From: Glycera tridactyla
Taxonomy: Eukaryota
Direction of reading: 5' to 3'
Length of the DNA stretch: 64,000 nt
NCBI GenBank assembly: GCA_965644265.1
Contig: OZ286459.1
Location: forward strand, 53,878,001 to 53,942,000
Part shown: positions 1 through 11,289 of the stretch, one piece after another
How the letters are laid out: each line of letters begins with the position of its first letter
How positions within the stretch are numbered: position 1 is the first letter of the stretch
Position numbers and translations under genes: made by a program
Notes under the pieces: generated by a model
Databases searched by the model: none
What the model was told of the DNA's origin: nothing
What the model saw: only the letters and a program-made list of their open reading frames with translations

Positions 1-3000
1 TCTGATCAGCAAGTATGCTCAATTAGATAGAAGGCGTCGGTTTAATCAGGATTCAACACCTGTTAGGATTCCATCTCGTGTCGATTCAGAGAAGGAATAG
101 TGATTCTAATAAGAGTGAACAGGCAAAAATACTCGTTTTATGAAAAGTTGAATATTAACATGAAATCCATTGCTTGCCAATCGTTCTCCCCCGTCAATCT
201 GTTACTATTGAGGATCCCTAATTTGTTCGATGATTGTTTCGATGATTAAAGGGTATCCCACCGAAGTTGATCCCGCCTATTGTGGGTGTCTGGCTGATCA
301 GTGAGGAGGATTTTCCGCCAAGCTTGCAGCAGATATGATGACCAGGCACTGCGACATAATGACACTGGAACAGCCTTTTTGACAGGATATGACGATCTCA
401 AGGTAGATGATGTTAGGTGTACCATCCAGGGCCGATGAGCAGTACCAGGGATAGTACCAAGGAGGATGAAGAAACTCTCAGCCTACAACCCTTACAGACG
501 ATTCCATTCTCTCGCGAATTAGCTGGAATGAGAAAAAAAGAATGAGCTATGATCAATCAAGTTTATCCCCTTATATTCAATGTCAACCCTCATTTATCGA
601 TATGGTCTTGCTGTAGTCGATATGACCAGAGATGACGCAGCTCATATTTGCAAACACATCTCGAGAAGATTTGATCAGTCGCTCAAGGATGTAGCAGGGA
701 GTTTTTCTGGTTTCCTGGGCACCTATGGCATAACACTAGTAGGTCACTTGCCAACCTTCCTAGATACCTCTATCACTGTCCTTCAAACAAATACTGCATT
801 ATTTTTATGCCCAAAGATGTGTGAACACCAAACGGGAAATTTTTCCAAAATTGACCCTGGTGTGGGTTGGTGGCTGTGTGCTTGAGTAGATAGTCGGGTG
901 AATGATGGTTTCCAGATGATAACTCAAAAAGTTTGAGTTGCTTCGAGGTGAAATTTTGTGGGTAGGATTGCCTGAGGTCTGGCAAGAACCCTACCAATTT
1001 TGGGATGGCTATTTTTGGTGAAATTCAATAAAATGTTCAACACTGGCTAGCGAAAAAAAAAATCTGGTGACATGCAATTCTTTCTCAATTATTTTGATTG
1101 TTCAGTGATGAACTACAGAATAAATGAAGAAAATTGGATCTGGCGAATATTCCGGTATGGTCTGTAGGGTGATTTGTGATTTTTCTGTGATTTTTTTCAT
1201 CGATTTCCATGGACTATTGGATTTTTTTATCATGAAAAACATTTCCTACATGTGTGTTCCCCAATCCATGTTGCATTAGGATACAAGACAAAATAGATAA
1301 GAGGTTTGATTCATTCGAATATAGTGTTTATGTAATATTTCTTGATGAAACTGTATCTTGGCATTCTTTGCATTTTCTCAATATTTCGACAATTACATAA
1401 ATAGCTACAGCTGAAAAATGAGCCTGGTGACCCCAACTTTTTTTTCAGGAAATCTGATCTTTACCTTACTAGAAATAATCATATGAAATTTCAAGGATGT
1501 GGCAAATCTAAAAAAAAATGCCTCATTCAACCTTAACCCACCAAGGAATCACCATAGGCAGATTCGGCCCTGACCCTGGAACGTCATGGGACAATTTGAT
1601 AATTTGGCAATCTCTCTGGGGCCACAAATGAGGAAACCTGCAGTAGGACGATTTCCAGTCCTCATGTGAGCAGTTAAGTACCATTTTATCCCAGGGAATA
1701 GCTTATCCATCTGAGTACATTTCCAATTTGAGTATCAAGCTTCAGTACATCATGGTAGAATTGGCGGAGAAAAATCAGTGTACAGAGGGATGCTTGTTCT
1801 CGTCCTCGAACATTTGTCACAACCAACTTTTCATCAGTTGAAGGTGAGAATTTTGCCAAATATGTGACATATGGTCAGCTCCATAAGGAACTCTTTTTAT
1901 GACCCATATGCACCTTACCATTCTGTACGATGCCATATATTGCATGAAACCGATAAAGGTGGTGATGCAGGTGGCATCGGTGGTGGCGGTGTCGGCGGCA
2001 TATAGCCAACTTTGAATCCAAATGATTCGTCATCACTTTGAGTTGGCATCTGCGTCCATCAGCGTAGCTAACCAATTTGCGGTGTCAGTAGTTGAGCCTC
2101 CAGGAAGACTCTTGTGGGTAAGACAGGCCACATGGAGAGCTTGAGAGTACTGTATGTTTCCTTGACTAGGACTGAATATTTCACCATGTATTGAATCTTA
2201 TTATTGATCGTATCAATATAATGGCATGATTTGCCTGGTGAACTTGAATCATTCCTGGAAGCTACATGTCACTCTGTCTACTTTGGACTGTGAACCATTG
2301 GGCCATTTTTCTGCCAAATAAATACCTTCAACTGCATCATTATCAGCACCTGCATCAATATCAGCACTTTGGATTCATCATTCAGTGTCCTCACTTCAAT
2401 CCAGCGTGAATCCAAAGTCATTCTCGTCATTGATAGAATTGTATGGGTTCACTGATCAATAATTGAGTTGTAAGTGGCCTTTTTCCCCATGTCATATCAA
2501 AGAGGTTGTTTCTTCACTCACACGATCATGGTGTTGTTACCTCAATGCCACTGTCCAAGATCAACCAGCGATTATAATGTTACATATCCGTGAGACTGAT
2601 AATATAGCATGTTTCTGAGAACCAGATTTCTTTGGAAGCACTTCGGATCTGCCTTGATGTTCCATTGGCGAACTTTCAACTGTATCTGATGACTAGTCAC
2701 ATATCTAGTGGCAACAGTTGGGTGTTTTATAGTTTGGACTTTTTCCGTATCAAGTTGCACTTCAGACCAGTTCATCCCCTATATAAAACAAGTCAGCCGT
2801 TGAAAAATTAGCCAAATCCGTTAAAGTTAAGACCTTCCATATATTTAAGACATGCGAAAATTCCCTAAATTTTCTGTATTCTGTATGTATTACTGTCATG
2901 ATTTGTGGGTCAAATGTGTGTTCAATCTCAGGTTGGCTCTCATGGCACTTGGAGATAATATTCTGATAAATGGTACTGTGTGAGATTGGGGTGAGATTGG

Positions 3001-5204
3001 GGTGAAAGAGGCGCAAAAATGGATATTTTGAATACATTTTCAAACTCCTATTCCCAGTACTGTCATGATTTAAGGGTCAAAATATGCGTTCAATCTCATG
3101 TTGGTTCCAATGGCCTTTGAGTTGATATTTTCCGATGAATGGTACCATCGCATCTGTGAAATTGGTGAAAACATCCTGGGAGACCTCTCCAAGAACCAAG
3201 GCCAAAGGCCTAAGATTGTGAGGATATATCAGGACCATAGCGTGACATATATATAGTACATTCTGCCAAACATAAAAGCGTACTCAAACAGATGTAGTAT
3301 GTACCTCTGTATCTTCAAGCCAACCAAATTGAATCTGAATAAATAGGAACACAGCTTCCAGTGTCCAATCTAGAAGTTGACTTCATGGGAATGCCCTCCT
3401 CTCTGAAAAAGGGGGCATTTTCAGGTAAATATGGGCACCATTGGAAGCAGAGGGATTTTTCCAGGCAATGCCATGATGTCTCAAAAAAATGGAAGAAATG
3501 AGCTTGGTAGTGTGGCCAGGTGAACACAAGTAACCAGGAGATAGAATAGACAATGTCATTTGAATACAACATGGGGAGGATTGGGCGTCCTCTCTTTGGT
3601 GCCAGACACTAAGCTTCCCAAAAATATAACCTGACAGTCACATCACACATCCCACCCCAAGTTGCCATATTCAGGTGAGGGGACATTCTCAGTGGTTCCT
3701 GGGTGAATTTTCCACTTTTTATACTGATAAGAGTTACCACATAACATGTGACAAAACCAAAATATACCAAAAGATCCCACCAGTGCTGATCATAGCTCAA
3801 CAATGCAATGGAATATCCCTTAATTGCATATCCAAGGCATACAATTTGATATTTTCTAATGTTAACTACTGATCCTGGTGTCTTCCATTATTTCACTTCA
3901 GCATTAAACTACATTCTACAGGGCAGTTTCTTGCACACTTTTCATTGCAATCAGTGATTTGCTCATATAGGACTGGCCATCATAAAGGGCTAGCCGTTAG
4001 CCGAAAATAAATTCACTCATCTTTGGCCCAAGTGACTGAAGGGATCTGTTGTGCATCCTTCTTGATCATCACTCATGTACTCACTGCATCCTTATACACC
4101 AGAAATCAGTGTATAAAACATGATTTTTTATCTTCCTTGCTCCAACCTCGTGGTGCAAACATGGATTTCAGACATGTGAAATCATATGAAATCCACTCCA
4201 AACATGTTCATCAGATGGATGAATGGTCTGGCTAAAGTCTATTGTCTCTGTCTGAAAAATAAAACACAATCTCGGAAATTTCTGAGAATATTCTGCTCTA
4301 TCATCAACACAACCTGCAGTCATTCTGCAGTTTTCTGCAATTTTCCCTATTGGATTACACTGAAATTCCATAAACCATGAGTAGTTACATGTAAGGGCCC
4401 ATGCAAGAATGAGAGATCATGCAAAAATTAGAAATCCTGACCAACAGGTGGTAGGAAAACATGGTAAAATGTAAGATATGTATTCAGTGACAAATGGGGC
4501 CTTATAACCACTGCCCTGCTTTCTGTCCCTCGATAGCCTGTGATGGCAGCCCCCATGCTGCGTCACTCACAGATCAAAGCCCAGCCCTCTCCCCCTCCTA
4601 TAACTCTATGTTGAGGACCCACAATTGACAGCATTCCTGGGCGTCAACTGCCTCAAAACTTTTTCGCAGTGATATCATGCCCTGTGTTGTGAAAACGCAA
4701 CATTTATGGGAGAGCTGAAATAGTCGGTCCTTCGGATGGAGAATTGCATCGATGACCCCCGATAGGCGAACTACTCGTGGTAGGATACAACCAGGAAGTA
4801 CCTGACGACGGGTAGAAAAACGTCATGCAAGTACAAAGATGGTAGGCGAAGATTTGACTACATCGGCTGACCTCTAACACCACAAAATGGCGTCTACTCA
4901 CACCGACCAACAATGGAGGCAAATGTCATCTTCGCCAGACTCAGCTGTTGCTCCCCCCAGTATTTTCCGAATTCGAATAAAAGCACTTAACTCGAAACAC
5001 TTTGACACTTCGTTCAGTGGTGTCATTCATTAGGCCTCAGCTTTGAAAAGCAAGATAATTATGTGTACAAATTCGCACAACCATATGAATAACACTCATT
5101 CGATCTCATTTTGTATTCAGACATCTACCATTCTGAGAGTCAAGCGGGATTATTTGACTACATTTGAGTGGTGGGAGTAGTAGATGTTGTTGATGAAGTC
5201 GTTT

Positions 5205-5454
5205 ACCTTGTTGTAGTAGTAGTAATAGTAGTATTAGTAGTAGAAGTAGTAGAAGTAGTAGTAGTGGCGGTTGTAGTATGAGTGGTCGCAGTAAAAGAAG
5301 ATGTGGTGGTGGTGGTGGATGGTGGTGGTGGTGGTGGTGGTGGTGGTGGTGGTGGTGGTGGTGGTGGTGGTGGTGGTGCAGCTAGATGGACTGATAGTAA
5401 TAATACAGATAAACGCAGTATTCCAAAAAATGGTGGTAGTTGTAGCACTATTAC

Positions 5455-5538
<84 letters not shown>

Positions 5539-5600
5539 CTGTAGTAGTTGTAATGGTAGTAGTGATAGCTGTTGTTGTAGTTGTAGTGGTTGTTGTTTTC
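5205..5600. repeat. Compound (TAG)n/(GGT)n trinucleotide microsatellite
   Basis: Seen directly in the sequence. Confidence 0.97.
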
Positions 5601-5689
5601 ATTCTTATTATTCCCGGTGTTGTAGTTCCATGATTGTCGTGGTATTAGAATGAGCCTTGCCCAGGGTGATATAAAGAGAGTGTCCCCAC

Positions 5690-5862
5690 CTTTTTGGACG
5701 GTTCTCAAGAGTCGAGGGAAGTAATCATTCCAGAAGTGACATTTCCGTGTACGAAGACCCGAACGTATCGCTAATGCGTCGTCGTCCAATGTCAGGTATT
5801 CCTTCCGTTCTTCTGTATACGGTACCCACTCCGGTCCGTCGCCATCGCGGTCATTCGGATCT
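5690..5862 (-). CDS. ache: Cholinesterase downstream coding exon (G|[57 protein letters not shown])
   Basis: Acceptor ttttcttgcAG|A at 5863. The phase-2 join with the upstream exon (GG+A = Gly) restores FAKNG|DPN. The exon contains the W..Y....EYL.L and C.FW motifs, with the Cys that pairs with the FLCP Cys. Phase-1 donor AAA G|gtgggg at 5689. Confidence 0.93.
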
Positions 5863-6140
5863 CTGCAAGAAAATGTCAAAGCAATTCAGTTCAATACGCC
5901 CAGGTACAATACTTCTAACACAAGTAAATGTGAGTTGGGGTGGTCCACTGCCTGATACCCCTAATAGTTTCACCCTGCACGATAATTACATCCTCTGGCG
6001 AGTATATGATCTTCGACACGGAAATAACAGTATGGGTCAAGATCAACAAGGCCCATTTGATTATGCCTATAGAGAGGGGCCGACTGAATATGGACAATGT
6101 CAATTAGTTGATGATGGAGTCACGGCACCATACATAGATA

Positions 6141-6198
6141 GATGGATGGATGGATGGATGGATGGATGGATGGATGGATGGATGGATGGATGGATGGA
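6141..6198. repeat. (GATG)n microsatellite
   Basis: Seen directly in the sequence. Confidence 0.98.
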
Positions 6199-7192
6199 TA
6201 CATAGATAGACTCATAGATAGACACATGGATTGTTTGTTTGTTTGTTTTGTTGGGGGTTTAACGTCACGTCAGCTCCATATGTGCTATATTGTGACGCCC
6301 ATGCAATGGGCATGGGCGGGATCATTCAAGACTCCTCCTTCTGGGTTCCTAACAGAAGGCAAAAAATCTATGAAATTCACAGACACTCGAGGTGACATTT
6401 CTGTTATCAAAGATGTTGACCTTGGTGTTACCACGTGAACATGGGATCAGTTCACTGGCCTGCACTTGGACACATAGATACATAGGAAGATAGATGAGCA
6501 GTAATCGATTAATTGAATTGAATTATAATGAGAAATCCATAAGAGTCACTGGGTGAGTCCGAGTAGATTTAACATGTATAGGAACTGTATTGCTATCCGC
6601 AGCTGCCCGCATATCGAACTCAGACCGGGTTTATTGCAGACACATGTGCCTGATTACTTGCTTCTGAGGTATTCTGCATATATAGAAGAGTTGCCCGCCA
6701 GCAATAATGTTATGTATGCACTCTTTGGACTCAGGCTCAACGGAAGAGACATACGGGATGCCGGACATACACATCAAGATCAAAGCAAAAGAGTACAAGA
6801 ACGTCAGATTCAGGTTCGTGTGGCTCATGTAGCTCCAAAACTTCTGTGAGATCAAGTTCTCCTGCTTTGAGACCTAGTACACGCCCAGCTTCAGTGTCTA
6901 ATGAGATTGTCGGTCCCAGAATCAGGAAAAGTGCTGCTAGTGTTAGGAGTCCAGTAGTTGATTCACAGGAAGTTCCTGTTAAGTCGGAGGAAGTGTTTGC
7001 ATCTCCTACCTGTTCGGTCAGGAGTCTGAAATCAAAATGAGGCTTGGGTTCGATAAGTGTTATCTCTAATGAGAGAGGGAACTGGTCGAGATCAAATTCT
7101 AATTATCGACCGATCAAGCTCGGAAGTCAGATCATATATCTTGTCAGTATGATAATGAGACCAGTGTGAAATTGACTAAAGTTTCAGTACGA

Positions 7193-10100
7193 TCTGAGGA
7201 AGGTTCGGTGTTGAATGCTCAGTCCTGTGCCATTGTTTATGTTATGGAAGTAGTCTTGGACAGGGGTGGACCAGTCGTTCATTCTCAGGAAGGTTCGGTG
7301 TTGAATGCTCGGTCCTGTGCCATTGTTTATGTTATGGAAGTAGTCTTGGACAGGGGTAGACCAGTCGTTCATTCTCAGGAAGGTTCGGTGTTGAATGCTC
7401 GGTCCTGTGCCATTGTATCTGTTATGGAAGTAGTCTTGGACAGGGGTAGACCAGTCGTTCATTCTCAGGAAGGTTCGGTGTTGAATGCTCGGTCCTGTGC
7501 CATTGTTTATGTTATGGAAGTAGTCTTGGACAGGGGTAGACCAGTCGTTCATTCTCAGGAAGGTCCGGTGTTGAATGCTCAGTCCTGTGCCATTGTTTAT
7601 GTTATGGAAGTAGTCTTGGACAGGGGTAGACCAGTCGTTCATTCTCAGGAAGGTTCGGTGTTGAATGCTCGGTCCTGTGCCATTGTTTATGTTATGGAAG
7701 TAGTCTTGGACAGGGGTAGACCAGTCGTTCATTCTCAGGAAGGTTCGGTGTTGAATGCTCGGTCCTGTGCCATTGTTTATGTTATGGAAGTAGTCTTGGA
7801 CAGGGGTAGACCAGTCGTTCATTCTCAGGAAGGTCCGGTGTTGAATGTTCAGTCCTGTGCCATTGTATCTGTTATGGAAGTAGTCTTGGACAGGGGTAGA
7901 CCAGTCGTTCATTCTCAGGAAGGTTCGGTGTTGAATGCTCAGTCCTGTGCCATTGTATCTGTTATGGAAGTAGTCTTGGACAGGGGTAGACCAGTCGTTC
8001 ATTCTCAGGAAGGTCCGGTGTTGAATGCTCAGTCCTGTGCCATTGTTTATGTTATGGAAGTAGTCTTGGACAGGGGTGGACCAGTCGTTCATTCTCAGGA
8101 AGGTCCGGTGTTGAATGCTCAGTCCTGTGCCATTGTTTCTGTTATGGAAGTAGTCTTGGACAGGGGTAGACCAGTCGTTCATTCTGAGGAAGGTTCGGTG
8201 TTGAATGCTCGGTCCTGTGCCATTGTTTATGTTATGGAAGTAGTCTTGGACAGGGGTAGACCAGTCGTTCATTCTCAGGAAGGTTCGGTGTTGAATGCTC
8301 AGTCCTGTGCCATTGTATCTGTTATGGAAGTAGTCTTGGACAGGGGTAGACCAGTCGTTCATTCTCAGGAAGGTTCGGTGTTGAATGCTCAGTCCTGTGC
8401 CATTGTTTCTGTTATGGAAGTAGTCTTGGACAGGGGTAGACCAGTCGTTCATTCTCAGGAAGGTTCGGTGTTGAATGCTCAGTCCTGTGCCATCGTTTCT
8501 GTTATGGAAGTAGTCTTGGACAGGGGTAGACCAGTCGTTCATTCTCAGGAAGGTCCGGTGTTGAATGTTCAGTCCTGCGCCATTGTATCTGTTATGGAAG
8601 TAGTCTTGGACAGGGGTAGACCGGTCGTTCATTCTCAGGAAGGTCCGGTGTTGAATGCTCAGTCCTGTGCCATCGTATCTGTTATGGAAGTAGTCTTGGA
8701 CAGGGGTAGACCAGTCGTTCATTCTCAGGAAGGTCCGGTGTTGAATGCTCGGTCCTGTGCCATTGTATCTGTTATGGAAGTAGTCTCGGACAGGGGTAGA
8801 CCAGTCGTTCATTCTCAGGAAGGTCCGGTGTTGAATGCTCAGTCCTGTGCCATTGTATCTGTTATGGAAGTAGTCTTGGACAGGGGTAGACCAGTCGTTC
8901 ATTCTCAGGAAGGTTCGGTGTTGAATGCTCGGTCCTGTGCCATTGTATCTGTTATGGAAGTAGTCTTGGACAGGGGTAGACCAGTCGTTCATTCTCAGGA
9001 AGGTCCGGTGTTGAATGCTCAGTCCTGTGCCATCGTATCTGTTATGGAAGTAGTCTTGGACAGGGGTAGACCAGTCGTTCATTCTCAGGAAGGTCCGGTG
9101 TTGAATGCTCGGTCCTGTGCCATTGTATCTGTTATGGAAGTAGTCTCGGACAGGGGTAGACCAGTCGTTCATTCTCAGGAAGGTCCGGTGTTGAATGCTC
9201 AGTCCTGTGCCATTGTATCTGTTATGGAAGTAGTCTTGGACAGGGGTAGACCAGTCGTTCATTCTCAGGAAGGTTCGGTGTTGAATGCTCGGTCCTGTGC
9301 CATTGTATCTGTTATGGAAGTAGTCTCGGACAGGGGTAGACCAGTCGTTCATTCTCAGGAAGGTCCGGTGTTGAATGCTCGGTCCTGTGCCATTGTATCT
9401 GTTATGGAAGTAGTCTCGGACAGGGGTAGACCAGTCGTTCATTCTCAGGAAGGTTCGGTGTTGAATGCTCAGTCCTGTGCCATTGTTTATGTTATGGAAG
9501 TAGTCTTGGACAGGGGTAGACCAGTCGTTCATTCTCAGGAAGGTTCGGTGTTGAATGCTCAGTCCTGTGCCATTGTTTCTGTTATGGAAGTAGTCTTGGA
9601 CAGGGGTAGACCAGTCGTTCATTCTCAGGAAGGTTCGGTGTTGAATGCTCGGTCCTGTGCCATTGTTTATGTTATGGAAGTAGTCTTGGACAGGGGTAGA
9701 CCAGTCGTTCATTCTCAGGAAGGTCCGGTGTTGAATGCTCAGTCCTGTGCCATCGTATCTGTTACGGAAGTAGTCTTGGACAGGGGTAGACCAGTCGTTC
9801 ATTCTCAGGAAGGTCCGGTGTTGAATGCTCAGTCCTGTGCCATTGTATCTGTTACGGAAGTAGTCTCGGACAGGGGTAGACCAGTCGTTCATTCTCAGGA
9901 AGGTTCGGTGTTGAATGCTCAGTCCTGTGCCATTGTATCTGTTATGGAAGTAGTCTTGGACAGGGGTAGACCAGTCGTTCATTCTCAGGAAGGTCCGGTG
10001 TTGAATGTTCAGTCCTGTGCCATTGTTTCTGTTATGGAAGTAGTCTTGGACAGGGGTAGACCAGTCGTTCATTCTCAGGAAGGTTCGGTGTTGAATGCTC

Positions 10101-10250
10101 AGTCCTGTGCCATTGTTTCTGTTATGGAAGTAGTCTTGGACAGGGGTAGACCAGTCGTTCATTCTCAGGAAGGTCCGGTGTTGAATGCTCGGTCCTATGC
10201 CATTGTATCTGTTATGGAAGTAGTTTTGGACAGGGGTAGACCCGTCGTTT
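7193..10250. repeat. 90-bp tandem satellite, about 34 copies
   Basis: Unit aggttcggtgttgaatgctcagtcctgtgccattgtttatgttatggaagtagtcttggacaggggtagaccagtcgttcattctcagga; period exactly 90; substitutions only. Confidence 0.99.
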
Positions 10251-10278
10251 GTCCTCCAGCTGGTCAGAAAGTGGTGGA

Positions 10279-10467
10279 TCGATTCCCGGCTAGGTCTGGA
10301 GGGCCAGACAGTGAGGCCATGCGTGGATCAGTGGTTCGATTCCCGGCTAGGTCTGGAGGGCCAGACAGTGAGGCCATGCGTGGATCAGTTGTTCGATTCC
10401 CGGCTAGGTCTGGAGGGCCAGACAGTGAGGCCATGCGTGGATCAGTGGTTCGATTCCCGGCTAGGTC
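10279..10467. repeat. 57-bp tandem repeat, about 3.3 copies
   Basis: Unit gattcccggctaggtctggagggccagacagtgaggccatgcgtggatcagtggttc. Confidence 0.97.
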
Positions 10468-11289
10468 CGATGTTTCAGCCACTTCTAGTGCTAATGGAAT
10501 AATAATAAGAATACATGATAATCAAGTGATGCATTTTTCCAGTCAGGGTCCGGGTCCAGCTCAAGATCAATTGTATGGTCATATACTGGATCCAGACACA
10601 AGCAGATTGCTGATTCGAGAGGGTCAGTGAAATCAACAGTCTTTCTGAACCCGAGTCGGATGGGTTTCGTACTCCTGTGAGAGATACAAGGGCAGCTATC
10701 TCTCAGGATGGCCTTTGTAAGCAGGTGGATTTAAAAAGAGGTGCTCTTCCAAGCTGATTTGACTGTAATATTGATGATGATTAACAAAAATGGTTGATAA
10801 AGAGAATCAAGTGATAAAAGTACTGTCATATGTATGCTGCCGAGGGTTTTCTGCCACCCAACTCAACGGCGGCAGCCCCTCCATGCAGGCACGCTTTCTA
10901 GACACCCTGAAGGCGGAGCCGCCCCCTCTCGCCTAGCGACACACCATCTCTCCCCACCACCAGCCATCTAGCTCTGTGTATTCGGTCATTGGGAATGAGA
11001 TCGATGAGAGGGTGAATCCTTTTCATTCGAGCTATGAGACGAATAGCTGGTAATAGACAACTGATTCTCAATACATGACGGGAGGGCTAATGTTGTTCAC
11101 ATTTTAGTCATCATATGTGGTCCCATCAAGGGCTCACATATGAACACAGGTATTATACCACCCACTCTGCTCGATTGTTTTCAACTGATAGCCTTCACTG
11201 AAAAAAAGAAAATAAAAATTTTCTTTCACGATAACAAACGTGTCGAAGATTTTTGTTGAATTTTCATTCAGAGTATTGAGAGTACAAAA

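Noticed and set aside
1000-1536. Possible TTAA-flanked (Kolobok-like) MITE end gcctcattcaacc|ttaa
   Set aside because: No matching opposite terminus was found in the window.
1-5200. Search for a WAT/T-peptide or GPI exon, and a possible GIY-YIG remnant at 1-540
   Set aside because: No heptad Trp pattern or hydrophobic tail behind a good acceptor; the GIY-YIG similarity is too weak to support.
5203-5653. Poly-Thr/Ser/Pro/Gly ORFs as a mucin-like stalk exon of the cholinesterase
   Set aside because: Pure trinucleotide microsatellite, with a similar tract at 16.2 kb and no convincing splice acceptor.
7166-10630. 1154-aa and 992-aa ORFs as annotated genes
   Set aside because: Both are fully explained by a stop-free 90-bp unit, with no domain motifs and a neutral-looking variant spectrum. 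Kept only as a low-interest finding.
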